DNA from: a virus
IMG/VR virus record: IMGVR_UViG_3300039412_000320
Direction: 5' to 3' (one strand)
DNA: 64,000 nucleotides
In this document: positions 8,794-17,508 of the stretch, in pieces
Layout: each line of letters begins with the position of its first letter
Numbering within the stretch: the first letter of the stretch is position 1
The notes under the pieces: model-generated
The model's input: only the letters and a program-made list of their open reading frames with translations
Told to the model about the DNA's origin: nothing
Database searches by the model: none
Made by a program: the position numbers and the translations under genes

Positions 8794-9672
8794 ATGTTTA
8801 TCTATTTAATTGTCAACCGAGAGACTGGTAAATACTACATTGGTCAGCACAAGGGGAAAGACTTAAAAAAGTACTTTCAAACCAAGTTATCGGATGCTAA
8901 ACATAATCGGGGAGGAAAGTCTCACCTATATGCTTCTATGCGGAAATATCCCTTACCTTCCTCTTGGTCTATACATGCCCTCCGCTCCGATATCCAGACA
9001 AAAGAAGAGCTTGACCAAACCGAAAAAGATTTCATTAGGTTCCTGCGGTCACAGGACCCAGAATACGGTTATAACATCTGTCGTGGAGGGGAAGGACATA
9101 CCGGACCGCTTTCTCAAGAATCCGTCAAAAAAATATCGGCTTCTCTTAAAAAGTTATGGGGTGGTTCCAAGGGTAAAGAACTCCGAAGAATAAGCGGGGA
9201 AGCATCTGACAAAAGATGGGCGCAACCGGGAAAAAAGGAACGGGCATCAGAAACAATGAGGGAAATCTGGCAGCAGCTAAAACACAGAGAACATGTTTTA
9301 GGTAAACTCAGAAACTACTGGTCAGGGATATCCGATAGTAAAAAGGCTGAAATCAGCAGTAGAATTTCTGCTACCTTGATGGGTCACTTCGTATCCGAAA
9401 AATCCCGAGTTAAAATGTCTTTAGCTCTTAAGGGAAAGCCTAGTTGGAATAAAGATAAAAATTTATCTAGGGAAACAAAGAACAAAGTATCCGTCTCGAT
9501 AACCAAACTTTGGGAAGACCCGCTATATAGGGAGCACATGGTTATAGCCGCTTCTCATCCTAAGCCATATCTTAGAAAGAGATTTTGTAAACATGGACAT
9601 GATACAAATGTTTGTGGAAGATACCCTAATGGCAACTGTCGAGGCTGCCATTTGAGATTACCTCATCTTTAG
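8794..9672 (+). CDS. GIY-YIG homing endonuclease (paralog family A) with NUMOD repeats and C-terminal Cys/His cluster
   Basis: 'MFIYLIVNRETGKYYIGQHKG...YGYNICRGGEG'; C-terminus 'CKHGHDTNVCGRYPNGNCRGCH'. Confidence 0.8.
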   Translation: MFIYLIVNRETGKYYIGQHKGKDLKKYFQTKLSDAKHNRGGKSHLYASMRKYPLPSSWSIHALRSDIQTKEELDQTEKDFIRFLRSQDPEYGYNICRGGEGHTGPLSQESVKKISASLKKLWGGSKGKELRRISGEASDKRWAQPGKKERASETMREIWQQLKHREHVLGKLRNYWSGISDSKKAEISSRISATLMGHFVSEKSRVKMSLALKGKPSWNKDKNLSRETKNKVSVSITKLWEDPLYREHMVIAASHPKPYLRKRFCKHGHDTNVCGRYPNGNCRGCHLRLPHL

Positions 9673-9687
9673 AGGGTATTATATCCT

Positions 9688-10389
9688 ATGGAGTTCACTA
9701 TTTCCAGTCCGCTCAAAGTCGAAGTTGATACCGTCATCCCCTCCATGGATTTCAAGGAGGCGTTGCCGGGGCTTATCGCCTCGGGGAAGAAGTTCGACCG
9801 TCAGACTCTCCAGAAGATTCCCTACTGCCAACTCCACCTCTGCTGCATCGGTCCAGCCGGATTAGCCGCCTGCTCCCCGAGACTGGTCTTCAAGGAGAAG
9901 GAGCGCCGGTTGAGCCGGTACATCTCCTCCGCCCCGGAGGAGCTTGCCGCCAGTGAGCGCTGGATGAAGACCGAGGGCATGTACAGAGACGTAATGGCGG
10001 AGGTCGCCGCAAAGTCCGCCCCCTCGTGGGATACCCTCAAGCCCCGGCAGAAGGTCGTTGCCAAGCTATTCTGCCTCTACAACCACATAGACGACCCCGA
10101 GGAGAGGGTGGTGGAAGCCGTAGTGCTTCTCCGGGAGGCGGCGGGCAAGGGTATCGACCCCATGCTTTGCTCTGAGTGTTGCTCCCGACTGGTCAACATC
10201 ACCCGGCGTTATCTGGGCATCCAGATTGAGGAAAAGGACAAAATTGGTGCCTCGGAGTTCTGGGAGGGGATTTACCAGACCATGGAATCCGTTTTGGACG
10301 TTTTACCCAAGGAGGAACAGCTAGTTCTGGTGCGGGAAAGGATTAGGGGTTATTCATGTACTTCAGACTGCTTCCGCAGTTGTTTTTAA
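9688..10389 (+). CDS. hypothetical protein (C-terminal segment weakly sigma region-4-like)
   Basis: ORF directly preceded by 'GGTATTATATCCT' with no SD (leaderless-type arrangement); 'LPKEEQLVLVRERIRGYS' is helix-turn-helix-like. Confidence 0.45.
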   Translation: MEFTISSPLKVEVDTVIPSMDFKEALPGLIASGKKFDRQTLQKIPYCQLHLCCIGPAGLAACSPRLVFKEKERRLSRYISSAPEELAASERWMKTEGMYRDVMAEVAAKSAPSWDTLKPRQKVVAKLFCLYNHIDDPEERVVEAVVLLREAAGKGIDPMLCSECCSRLVNITRRYLGIQIEEKDKIGASEFWEGIYQTMESVLDVLPKEEQLVLVRERIRGYSCTSDCFRSCF

Positions 10390-10448
10390 GATACTATATT
10401 TCCCCACAGAAAAGAAACTTCCCATTGTATTGGTAGGGGGAAAATTAA

Positions 10449-11435
10449 ATGGGAAGTAAGGGTACTTGTGGTGTCTATGTAATATGGGTAAAGGACGATA
10501 ACGGAAATGAAAAGCCCTATATAGGCAGCAGCAAATGGATGGAACATAGAAGGAAACAACATCTTCAAGCACTAGCTGTTGGAAAGCACCGTAACTATAA
10601 ACTTCGGCGGGCGTGGCGGGAGTACGGACCGCAAGCGTTTAGGTTTGAGGTCCTGTTTCCTTGTGAAGAGAATGAGAGATTTGTCTGGGAAGAGTTGATG
10701 ATTCGCTTCCTTGATTCTTTTCACAATGGATACAATCTAACCCCCAATGTCATGGACCTGTCAGTGATTCCCCGCTGCAACAGACCCCTGTCTGACAAAA
10801 CCAAGAAAAAATTATCTGAATTGGCATATAAAAAGTATGAGGCCGCCTCGGAGCATGAAAAGACATCTAAGTCGTTAAAGGAGTTCTGGGGTAACGCAGA
10901 AAACCGAGAATGTCTGTTAGCACCGTACCGTACTCCCGAATATAGGGCCAAGTGTAGTTGTCTTACCACCTTGTCTTGGCAGGATGCGGTCATAAGGACA
11001 CGAAGAACGGACGGTCTCAAGAAAGTTATGGCTACGACAGCTTACCGCCATAATCTTTCAGCTTCCTTGACGGGAAAGAAGAAATCGGCACAACACGCCG
11101 AGAATATAGCATTGGGGGCCAAGAAAAAATATAGAAACCCTGCGGAGAGGAAAAAAACCAGCGACTCCCTCCATACTCCCGATGCGCACGCCAAGCTATC
11201 CGAGAAATCCTTTGTGGCTTGGCAAAACCCGATTTATAGAAACCACCTAAGCGAATGCCGTCGTCTCCAATGGCTTAAACCGGGCGTGCGGGAAACAATG
11301 GGGGAAAAAATAGCGGCTGGTTTGGCCAAGCCCGGAGTACTTGAAAAACGAAACCAAAAAATCAGTGAAGGATTAAAGCGGGCGTGGGCGAGAAAAAAAC
11401 TTCTAAGGGTTAAAAGTATAGAAAACTCCCCATGA
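10449..11435 (+). CDS. GIY-YIG homing endonuclease (I-TevI/Seg-like) with NUMOD repeats
   Basis: 'GVYVIWV...YIGSS...RRKQH...FEVLF...GYN'; a class A-like motif lies at 10416-10440. Confidence 0.8.
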   Translation: MGSKGTCGVYVIWVKDDNGNEKPYIGSSKWMEHRRKQHLQALAVGKHRNYKLRRAWREYGPQAFRFEVLFPCEENERFVWEELMIRFLDSFHNGYNLTPNVMDLSVIPRCNRPLSDKTKKKLSELAYKKYEAASEHEKTSKSLKEFWGNAENRECLLAPYRTPEYRAKCSCLTTLSWQDAVIRTRRTDGLKKVMATTAYRHNLSASLTGKKKSAQHAENIALGAKKKYRNPAERKKTSDSLHTPDAHAKLSEKSFVAWQNPIYRNHLSECRRLQWLKPGVRETMGEKIAAGLAKPGVLEKRNQKISEGLKRAWARKKLLRVKSIENSP

Positions 11436-11463
11436 AATCAAATTTAGGGCGTATTATACTTGT

Positions 11464-13281
11464 ATGGGCGACCCTTCTATTGTCATTGAGCAGAATAAGG
11501 AAAGAAGTCTTCCGTTCAAGGAACTCAATACAGAGGCATCCCCTCAAATCCGGGACCACTTCCCCTTTCCGACCATCCGGGCATCGCAGGAGGTAGCTCT
11601 TCAGGTGATAGAAAGGGCTATCAAGGAAGGCAAGAAATACATCATAATGGAACTCCCGTGCGGGGTCGGGAAATCCGGGATTAGTGTTGCGGCTGGCTCC
11701 CTTGCCAAGACCTTCAAAACGCCAGCAGGATACCAGCAGGGGGCATACGTGCTTTCCCCGCAAAAGGTCCTCACAGAACAGTATGTTAATGACTTCGGTG
11801 ATATGGGCCTTGTTGAGCTTAAAGGAAAGGCCAACTACACCTGCCCCGGATATACTTGGGAAGAGACGGGCGAGCTTATGAACTGCGAGGACGCCGCTTT
11901 TAACTACGAAGAGCAGCACAAGGAGGTAGGGGGATGCGGGGGATATAAGCCCGCCAAAGAGGCATTTGTCAACAGTCCACTCGGAGTCACCAACTTTGCC
12001 TATTACCTAAGCGAGACAGCCCACGCCAGTCAGCTTAAGCCCCGTACCATGTTAATTTTAGACGAAGCTCATAATACAGAACAGCACATTCTCTCCCTTG
12101 CCAGTATTGAGATAACCCGATATCGCTGTGAGGAAGCAAGTCTTGATTTTAGCTCCGTACCCTTTATCACGCCCGATGCCGTGGGCATAGGAGAAGCCCT
12201 TGACTGGCTTAACCAGACATTCCGTCCTGCCGCTACAGAAGCCATCCAAAGACTCAGCTTTAACGCCGAGGAACGCCGGGATATGGGAATGCAGAAGGAA
12301 GCTTCAAAGCTTAAGCGGCGGGCAAGCGGCATGGAGAGATTCATCGGACAGCTTGACTTGTTTCTTAAGTCGGAGAACCGCAAGGATTGGATGGTATGGT
12401 CGGAGTCGGAAATCGAGAGGTGCCCCCAGTGCTGTGTGAAGCAAAAATACTCAGGGAAGAAGGAGTGCTGGAAGTGCCACAGCAGGCTCCCCCTGACCCC
12501 GGCAAAGATGATTATCAAGCCACTGACGGCTACCTTGTTCGCCGAGCCGGCCTTGTTCAGCAAGGCGGACAAGGTTATAATGTTGTCCGCCACTATCCTT
12601 GACTTCAATACTTTTTTGCGTAACCTTGGAATCAACCGAAATGACGCTGTATGCGTGGCGGTCCCGAGTGAGTTCCCGGTATGCAACCGCCCCATTTACT
12701 ACCGCCCAGTAGGGAACATGAACTACGGAAACATTGAGGCAACTCTTCCCAAGATGGCGGAGGAAGTGGGTAGGATAATGCGGAAGTACCCCAACAACAA
12801 GGGTATCGTGCATTGCGTGAGCTTCCGAGTGACTAATTACCTTATAAAGTACTTGACAGAAGGAGGGCTTGGCGGACGCATCCTTACCCATTCGGGAGAA
12901 GATACTGGGTCAAGGGAAAGGGTGGTGGAGGAGCATATTGCTTCGTCTTCTCCCTCAGTACTCTTTAGCCCAAGTCTGTCAGAGGGGCTGGATCTCAAGG
13001 AGGACCTGTCAAGGTTCCAGGTTATAGTCAAGATTCCCTATAAGGCATTAGACGTGTATGTCAAGGCACGGATGGCGCTTGATATGGACTGGTATAACCT
13101 ACAGGCGGCAATCTCGCTTGTCCAAGCGACGGGAAGGTCGGTAAGGTCGATGACTGATAGGGCAGACACCTACATCCTTGATTCCGGGTTTGAATCATTC
13201 ATAAAGCGAGCGGGGCATATGCTGCCAGAATGGTGGGTGGAGGCAGTAAAATTTCCCGGTGAATATACGATTGATTGGTAG
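11464..13281 (+). CDS. Rad3/XPD/DinG-family DEAH-box DNA helicase
   Basis: 'RASQ', Walker A 'ELPCGVGKSG', 'LILDEAHN', CxxC...CxxC insert and motif VI 'QATGRSVRS'. Confidence 0.75.
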   Translation: MGDPSIVIEQNKERSLPFKELNTEASPQIRDHFPFPTIRASQEVALQVIERAIKEGKKYIIMELPCGVGKSGISVAAGSLAKTFKTPAGYQQGAYVLSPQKVLTEQYVNDFGDMGLVELKGKANYTCPGYTWEETGELMNCEDAAFNYEEQHKEVGGCGGYKPAKEAFVNSPLGVTNFAYYLSETAHASQLKPRTMLILDEAHNTEQHILSLASIEITRYRCEEASLDFSSVPFITPDAVGIGEALDWLNQTFRPAATEAIQRLSFNAEERRDMGMQKEASKLKRRASGMERFIGQLDLFLKSENRKDWMVWSESEIERCPQCCVKQKYSGKKECWKCHSRLPLTPAKMIIKPLTATLFAEPALFSKADKVIMLSATILDFNTFLRNLGINRNDAVCVAVPSEFPVCNRPIYYRPVGNMNYGNIEATLPKMAEEVGRIMRKYPNNKGIVHCVSFRVTNYLIKYLTEGGLGGRILTHSGEDTGSRERVVEEHIASSSPSVLFSPSLSEGLDLKEDLSRFQVIVKIPYKALDVYVKARMALDMDWYNLQAAISLVQATGRSVRSMTDRADTYILDSGFESFIKRAGHMLPEWWVEAVKFPGEYTIDW

Positions 13282-13290
13282 ATACCAATA

Positions 13291-13312
13291 AGGATATAAA
13301 TCTATCCTTGTA
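13291..13312 (+). terminator. 7-bp stem hairpin AAGGATA-taaatc-TATCCTT followed by a weak T-rich tract, then a class B-like promoter
   Basis: Read directly downstream of the helicase stop. Confidence 0.3.
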
Positions 13313-13339
13313 TTCAATTGTACTGGAGGAAGTCAAACC

Positions 13340-13798
13340 ATGAAAACCATCAAAATGACCCGCACCATCCGTAGAGAGATTAACGGGATGTTCATAACCA
13401 TAGGACCGGAGGGTCTCACCTTTCGGCAGAAGCGCCAGCCGAAAGAGGATACACTCCGTCTGACGTGGGAACAGGCACTTGCAAATGCGGTTGTCGAAGA
13501 ACAAAACAGACCTACCCCGCTTGTTGAAATCAAGCCGGTACCTGACGACCCGGCACAGGTTCCCATGTTCCCCGAGCTTTCTCAACCCCTGACGAATGCT
13601 CACTTGACAGGATTCAAGCGGCTCCTACCTGAGTACGACATCCCGGCTTGCGGCCCGGAGGTTGGGGTTCACATGACGCACTGCAACATGGGAGGGTATG
13701 TTGGGGTGTGTAAGTATGGCGAGCATGACACCTGTCCCGCTCTGGAGACCCCCAAAATCGACGTGGACGAGGTTCTCAGTACCGAAGGAGACGTATGA
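13340..13798 (+). CDS. hypothetical protein
   Basis: ORF with SD 'GGAGGAAG' upstream; its stop overlaps the next start. Confidence 0.5.
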   Translation: MKTIKMTRTIRREINGMFITIGPEGLTFRQKRQPKEDTLRLTWEQALANAVVEEQNRPTPLVEIKPVPDDPAQVPMFPELSQPLTNAHLTGFKRLLPEYDIPACGPEVGVHMTHCNMGGYVGVCKYGEHDTCPALETPKIDVDEVLSTEGDV

Positions 13799-14094
13799 AG
13801 GAAAAGACTCCACTAGAAAAAGCGCAGGAGAAGGTTGTCTATATCCATGTCGCCCTCACCCTCAACGTTGACGAGGGGTCCGAGGTCTACATGCGCCCAC
13901 ATAACCCCTTCTTCGAGTTCAGCAATGACTTCTTCAAGCGGCTCCAGAACCAAATGAAAACCCGTTTGAAGTTTGCAGAAATGGGGATAGAGGACTTCAC
14001 TGCCGTGGAGACATTCGTCATGATGGTCCTCGGAGAATCCGAAGTACGCAGTATTGGAATACCAGAGGGTAAACCATGTCCGAAGAAAAAATGA
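13795..14094 (+). CDS. hypothetical protein
   Basis: ATGA start/stop overlap with neighbours. Confidence 0.45.
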   Translation: MKEKTPLEKAQEKVVYIHVALTLNVDEGSEVYMRPHNPFFEFSNDFFKRLQNQMKTRLKFAEMGIEDFTAVETFVMMVLGESEVRSIGIPEGKPCPKKK

Positions 14095-14318
14095 CCGATT
14101 GCGTTGACATTGACCATCCCCTGCCATGGGAAACACACCCCTGCGGGTGTGTGGTGGACGGCAACTACCAGATTGTGCAGGAGTGCCCGGACCCCGGCTG
14201 CATGACGAAGGCATACCTCGTCAACGCCGGGGGTTGTCACGTGTGCGGAGCGGCGGATACACGGGCGGTACAGGCGAAGGCTCAGAGGGAGCCGGTGAAG
14301 AAAGAATACGTGAACTGA
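14076..14318 (+). CDS. hypothetical Cys-rich small protein
   Basis: 'CGCVVDGNYQIVQECPDPGC...CHVCG'. Confidence 0.45.
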   Translation: MSEEKMTDCVDIDHPLPWETHPCGCVVDGNYQIVQECPDPGCMTKAYLVNAGGCHVCGAADTRAVQAKAQREPVKKEYVN

Positions 14319-14611
14319 TGCGTAGGTCCCGCCCGAGGTATCCAAAGCCGCAGGAAGTGCTGTCCTACAAGACGGCTCTGGAGCAGACCATCCCCGTGGA
14401 TACGCCCATGGTGATGGGCTGGAGGGAAAGTGCCAAGCTTATCCCTAACTGGCGCTTTCAGGGCCTCACAGGGGGCGTAGAATGGGTTGTAGACGTATAC
14501 TGTGGAGGTTACTGCTACGTTTCCGTGGGTAGGTACAACGAACGGGTTAAGTCCATAATGGCCGCTTTGAAATTTCTGCGTGCCCACCTTGCGGCAAGGG
14601 GAGTATTGTGA
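14318..14611 (+). CDS. hypothetical protein
   Basis: ATG at 14318 overlaps the TGA of the upstream gene; the upstream part of the tracked ORF 14126-14611 overlaps another gene out of frame. Confidence 0.4.
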   Translation: MRRSRPRYPKPQEVLSYKTALEQTIPVDTPMVMGWRESAKLIPNWRFQGLTGGVEWVVDVYCGGYCYVSVGRYNERVKSIMAALKFLRAHLAARGVL

Positions 14612-14645
14612 TATCCAGTTTTGAAACTATAGCACTCTATAGTGA

Positions 14646-15215
14646 ATGGAAACAAAGGAGTGCTGTATGCGAACCTTGGCTAGTGAAAAAAAGATAATTT
14701 CTCCCGGCACAAAGATGGGAATGCTTACCGTTTTGGGCTTGGTTGAGGGGAAAACATCCTTTGGGTATAGGGTTTATCGCTGTCAATGTGATTGTGGAAA
14801 AATGGTAGAGAGGGGAAGCGGGAGGCTCCGTGATTTCCGGTGTCGTGTAAGTTGTGGAAATCACTGGCATAGACCTCTTGGTGCGGCTGCGGCTCACGTT
14901 GTTTATTTGAATTACCAAACGAATGCTAAGCGTAGGGGGCATGTATTTGAGTTATCGGAGGACGAGTTTTTAGCGGTCTGTGAGCAGGATTGTCACTATT
15001 GCGGGGCTAAACCCAAGAGCGGAAACTGGAAGCACTTTAAGCGGTGCTTCGGGGATTTTTCATATAATGGTATAGATAGGAAGGATAACTCTTTGGGGTA
15101 CATCATAGGAAATTGTCTTCCTTGCTGTGGGACGTGCAATTACTCCAAGAGGGGACTGTCTTATCAAGAATACATAAGTCAGTGTCAAAGGGTTGCAATC
15201 CTTCACCCTTGCTAG
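14646..15215 (+). CDS. HNH homing endonuclease
   Basis: 'CHYCGAKP...YNGIDRKDNSLGYIIGNCLPCCGTCNYSK'. Confidence 0.8.
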   Translation: METKECCMRTLASEKKIISPGTKMGMLTVLGLVEGKTSFGYRVYRCQCDCGKMVERGSGRLRDFRCRVSCGNHWHRPLGAAAAHVVYLNYQTNAKRRGHVFELSEDEFLAVCEQDCHYCGAKPKSGNWKHFKRCFGDFSYNGIDRKDNSLGYIIGNCLPCCGTCNYSKRGLSYQEYISQCQRVAILHPC

Positions 15216-15236
15216 TGGATTTTGGTATTATATAAT

Positions 15237-15968
15237 ATGATAAAAAGCTCAAATACAGCTAATGGCACCCCTCCAGTTTTAGTTCCTCTTTCCACGTTAG
15301 AAGACTTAAAGAGAGTACTCTTCGTGCAAAAAACTATTGCACAGGAATGTCGCCGGGAGTTGATAGCGACCGCCACGGCGAAAGAGATTGCCACGGGCGA
15401 GGTATCCGCCCCGGAGGAAATGCGCCGGATAATCAAGGCGCAGACCGCCCTGCTGGAGAAGTACGCCAAATATCCCACCCTGTCGGAGTTCATGTTCCAC
15501 CCCGACCTTGCCGGGTCCACCCGGTGGGGAGCGACCTTTGGGGTGACTATCCTCGTCCGGGCGCTCATCCTTGACCCCATCAAAGCAGCTATGCAGGCGT
15601 TTGCTCCCTTCATGCGGAGTATCTACCTTCTGCTCATTAAAGAGTTAGACAACCCTACCCACGAGTATCTTATCGAGCCATTGGAAGAGAACATCAAGTT
15701 CCGGGTAACTATGGGCGAGAACGGTGAGGAAATCACCGACGAGCGCAGCACTCTGCTCACCCGTAAGCTCCTTTACCAAGTCACGGAAAGCCTGTTGATG
15801 ATAAGTGCCCAGTACGGCATCATTGGAGCCACGCCGGGAGGGTTCCAGATAACTGATATGGGTCGCCGGGTTTTACTCCATCTTGTTGACTCTTCAGTTT
15901 TTTTAGAAGAACTTGTGGAGGCCCACAAACGTTTTCAATCTGAAAAGCCGAAACTTAATTTTATATGA
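15237..15968 (+). CDS. hypothetical protein
   Basis: ATG directly after 'GGTATTATATAAT' (class B -10-like, no SD). Confidence 0.45.
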   Translation: MIKSSNTANGTPPVLVPLSTLEDLKRVLFVQKTIAQECRRELIATATAKEIATGEVSAPEEMRRIIKAQTALLEKYAKYPTLSEFMFHPDLAGSTRWGATFGVTILVRALILDPIKAAMQAFAPFMRSIYLLLIKELDNPTHEYLIEPLEENIKFRVTMGENGEEITDERSTLLTRKLLYQVTESLLMISAQYGIIGATPGGFQITDMGRRVLLHLVDSSVFLEELVEAHKRFQSEKPKLNFI

Positions 15969-16012
15969 CGACTGGAAAAATGAACTTTCTAAATCCTTTA
16001 TAGGGATTATTC

Positions 16013-16780
16013 ATGTTTATTTATCTTATCGTCAACCATGTGACCGGCAAATACTATGTCGGTCAGCATAAGGGGAATAACCTTAAAAAGTATCTTCAAA
16101 CAAAAATGTCTTCTGCTAGGTATCGTCACAGGGGAAACTCTCATCTTTTCAATTCAATGCGTAAGTATCCTCAGTCTACTTTATGGTCCATCCATGCTCT
16201 TCGTTCCGATATACAGACTCGTGAGGAGCTTGACGAGACCGAAAAAGACTTCATCCGGTTCTTACGGTCGCAAAACCCTGAGTACGGCTACAACATATGC
16301 CGGGGAGGGGAGGGACGAACTGGACCACATTCTGAAATCTCTCGCAAGAAGACCTCTAATTCAATTAAAAAAGCATGGATGATACCAGAAATACGAGAGA
16401 GACTTATAAGTAATAGACGAGGTAAGACCCACAATCGAGGATGTCTTATTCCATATGAAGCACGGATTCGGGGTGGAAAAATTGGAGGAAGTATAAAAAG
16501 TGATGTAAAAATCCAGCATTGTAAAAATATCGCCCATTTAGGGGGGATTATTGGGGGACTTGCTACTAATGCTACCACTAATGGTCGTAAAAGTAGAGGG
16601 GGTCGTGCCAGCGTTCTTAAAATGACTACAGAAACAAGGATTCTCGCAGGTACCAATGGAGGTAAAGTGACCGCCAGTAAACCGGGATTTTTGATTGAAA
16701 TAGGACGGATTGCTCGGTGTAAACACTGGCAAATAGGCCGTGGTAAGCCGTGTATATGTGGTCATCACAACAGCCTTTAG
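16013..16780 (+). CDS. GIY-YIG homing endonuclease (paralog family A) with C-terminal C..W.I.RGKPC.CG.H module
   Basis: 'MFIYLIVNHVTGKYYVGQHKG'; 'CKHWQIGRGKPCICGHH'; class A motif at 15983-16005. Confidence 0.8.
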   Translation: MFIYLIVNHVTGKYYVGQHKGNNLKKYLQTKMSSARYRHRGNSHLFNSMRKYPQSTLWSIHALRSDIQTREELDETEKDFIRFLRSQNPEYGYNICRGGEGRTGPHSEISRKKTSNSIKKAWMIPEIRERLISNRRGKTHNRGCLIPYEARIRGGKIGGSIKSDVKIQHCKNIAHLGGIIGGLATNATTNGRKSRGGRASVLKMTTETRILAGTNGGKVTASKPGFLIEIGRIARCKHWQIGRGKPCICGHHNSL

Positions 16781-16791
16781 TTCTCTTTTGT

Positions 16792-16950
16792 ATGAAAGTT
16801 TTCCCCGCTCACGGTCCCCTCGTCGTCCTGCTGGTCCTTCTCCTCATGCTGACCGCTGACGACTTCATTTTTCCCTCCAGCACTGTCGTTGTATCTATAA
16901 TTGTTGTCTATGGTTTAATAAGATTCTTCCAGTGGCTCTGGAAGCTATAA
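16792..16950 (+). CDS. possible small hydrophobic membrane protein
   Basis: 52 aa with two hydrophobic stretches; no clear SD. Confidence 0.25.
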   Translation: MKVFPAHGPLVVLLVLLLMLTADDFIFPSSTVVVSIIVVYGLIRFFQWLWKL

Positions 16951-16973
16951 ATTTCTCCCAAAACGGCCATTTT

Positions 16974-16995
16974 CGTGGTATACTGTAGGTGGAAG
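16974..16995 (+). promoter_or_regulatory. Class B promoter-like motif CGTGGTATACTGTAGGTGGAAG (extended -10 TGGTATACT + SD-like)
   Basis: A near-identical copy lies at 17233-17255. Confidence 0.5.
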
Positions 16996-17014
16996 CTTGA
17001 CCCACGGGTCAAGT
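16996..17014. promoter_or_regulatory. Operator-like palindrome CTTGACCCACGGGTCAAG between the class B -10 and the SD of the next gene
   Basis: Read directly. Confidence 0.4.
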
Positions 17015-17225
17015 GGGGCAATTTAAGCAAGGGGACAATATGATTACAGCCAAGCGTTTGAAGAAGGCCGGTTTCTCCTATGTGGGAAGCCAGAAATGTG
17101 GCATGTACAAGAAGGTCTATTGGGTGGACCCGGTGGACCACGAGGTTATTCCTCAGTATCTCGCCGTCCTTTACCTGCAAGAGCGCAATCGAGCCGCCAA
17201 GCTCCAGAAAAACCTTCAAAAATGA
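17013..17225 (+). CDS. hypothetical small basic protein (alternative start 17040)
   Basis: SD 'GGGGA' before ATG 17040. Confidence 0.45.
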   Translation: MGQFKQGDNMITAKRLKKAGFSYVGSQKCGMYKKVYWVDPVDHEVIPQYLAVLYLQERNRAAKLQKNLQK

Positions 17226-17259
17226 CCGGTCACGTGGTATACTGAGAGTGGAGGGAAAC

Positions 17260-17508
17260 ATGGCAAATGCAATCACCCTTTACATTCCATCTGACGCCCT
17301 ACGGCTACCTGATAACGCCCAATGGGGCAACCGCTTCGAGATTCATTCCTCAAGCTCCGACCGTTGCTATACCATCGCACAGAACAAAGACAAGCGCCAT
17401 TGGGGTTGCTCCCGCCCCGGATGGAAGCGCTGGAGACGTTGTCACCATCTCAAGGAACTCGGCATCCCCGGCAACGAAATTCCCTTCGAGGCAAAACTCC
17501 ATGCCTAA
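17260..17508 (+). CDS. small Cys/His-rich protein, translationally coupled to the J-domain gene
   Basis: ATG 6 nt after 'GGAGGG'; 'CYTIAQNKDKRHWGCSRPGWKRWRRCHH'; its stop TAA overlaps the ATG of the next gene (ATGCCTAA). Confidence 0.5.
   Translation: MANAITLYIPSDALRLPDNAQWGNRFEIHSSSSDRCYTIAQNKDKRHWGCSRPGWKRWRRCHHLKELGIPGNEIPFEAKLHA

Noticed and set aside
13291-13312. Rho-independent terminators elsewhere (after 1916, 8748, 34654).
   Set aside because: No stem-loop plus U-tract was found at those positions. Only 13291-13312 and 6428-6449 have clean stems, and neither has a strong U-tract, so they are reported as weak or regulatory hairpins only.
14126-14611. 161-aa ORF.
   Set aside because: Its first 64 codons overlap 14076-14318 out of frame; start moved to ATG 14318, which overlaps the upstream TGA.
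17080-17508. 142-aa ORF.
   Set aside because: Its 5' part overlaps gene 17013-17225 out of frame; only the part from ATG 17260 (preceded by GGAGGG) is retained.
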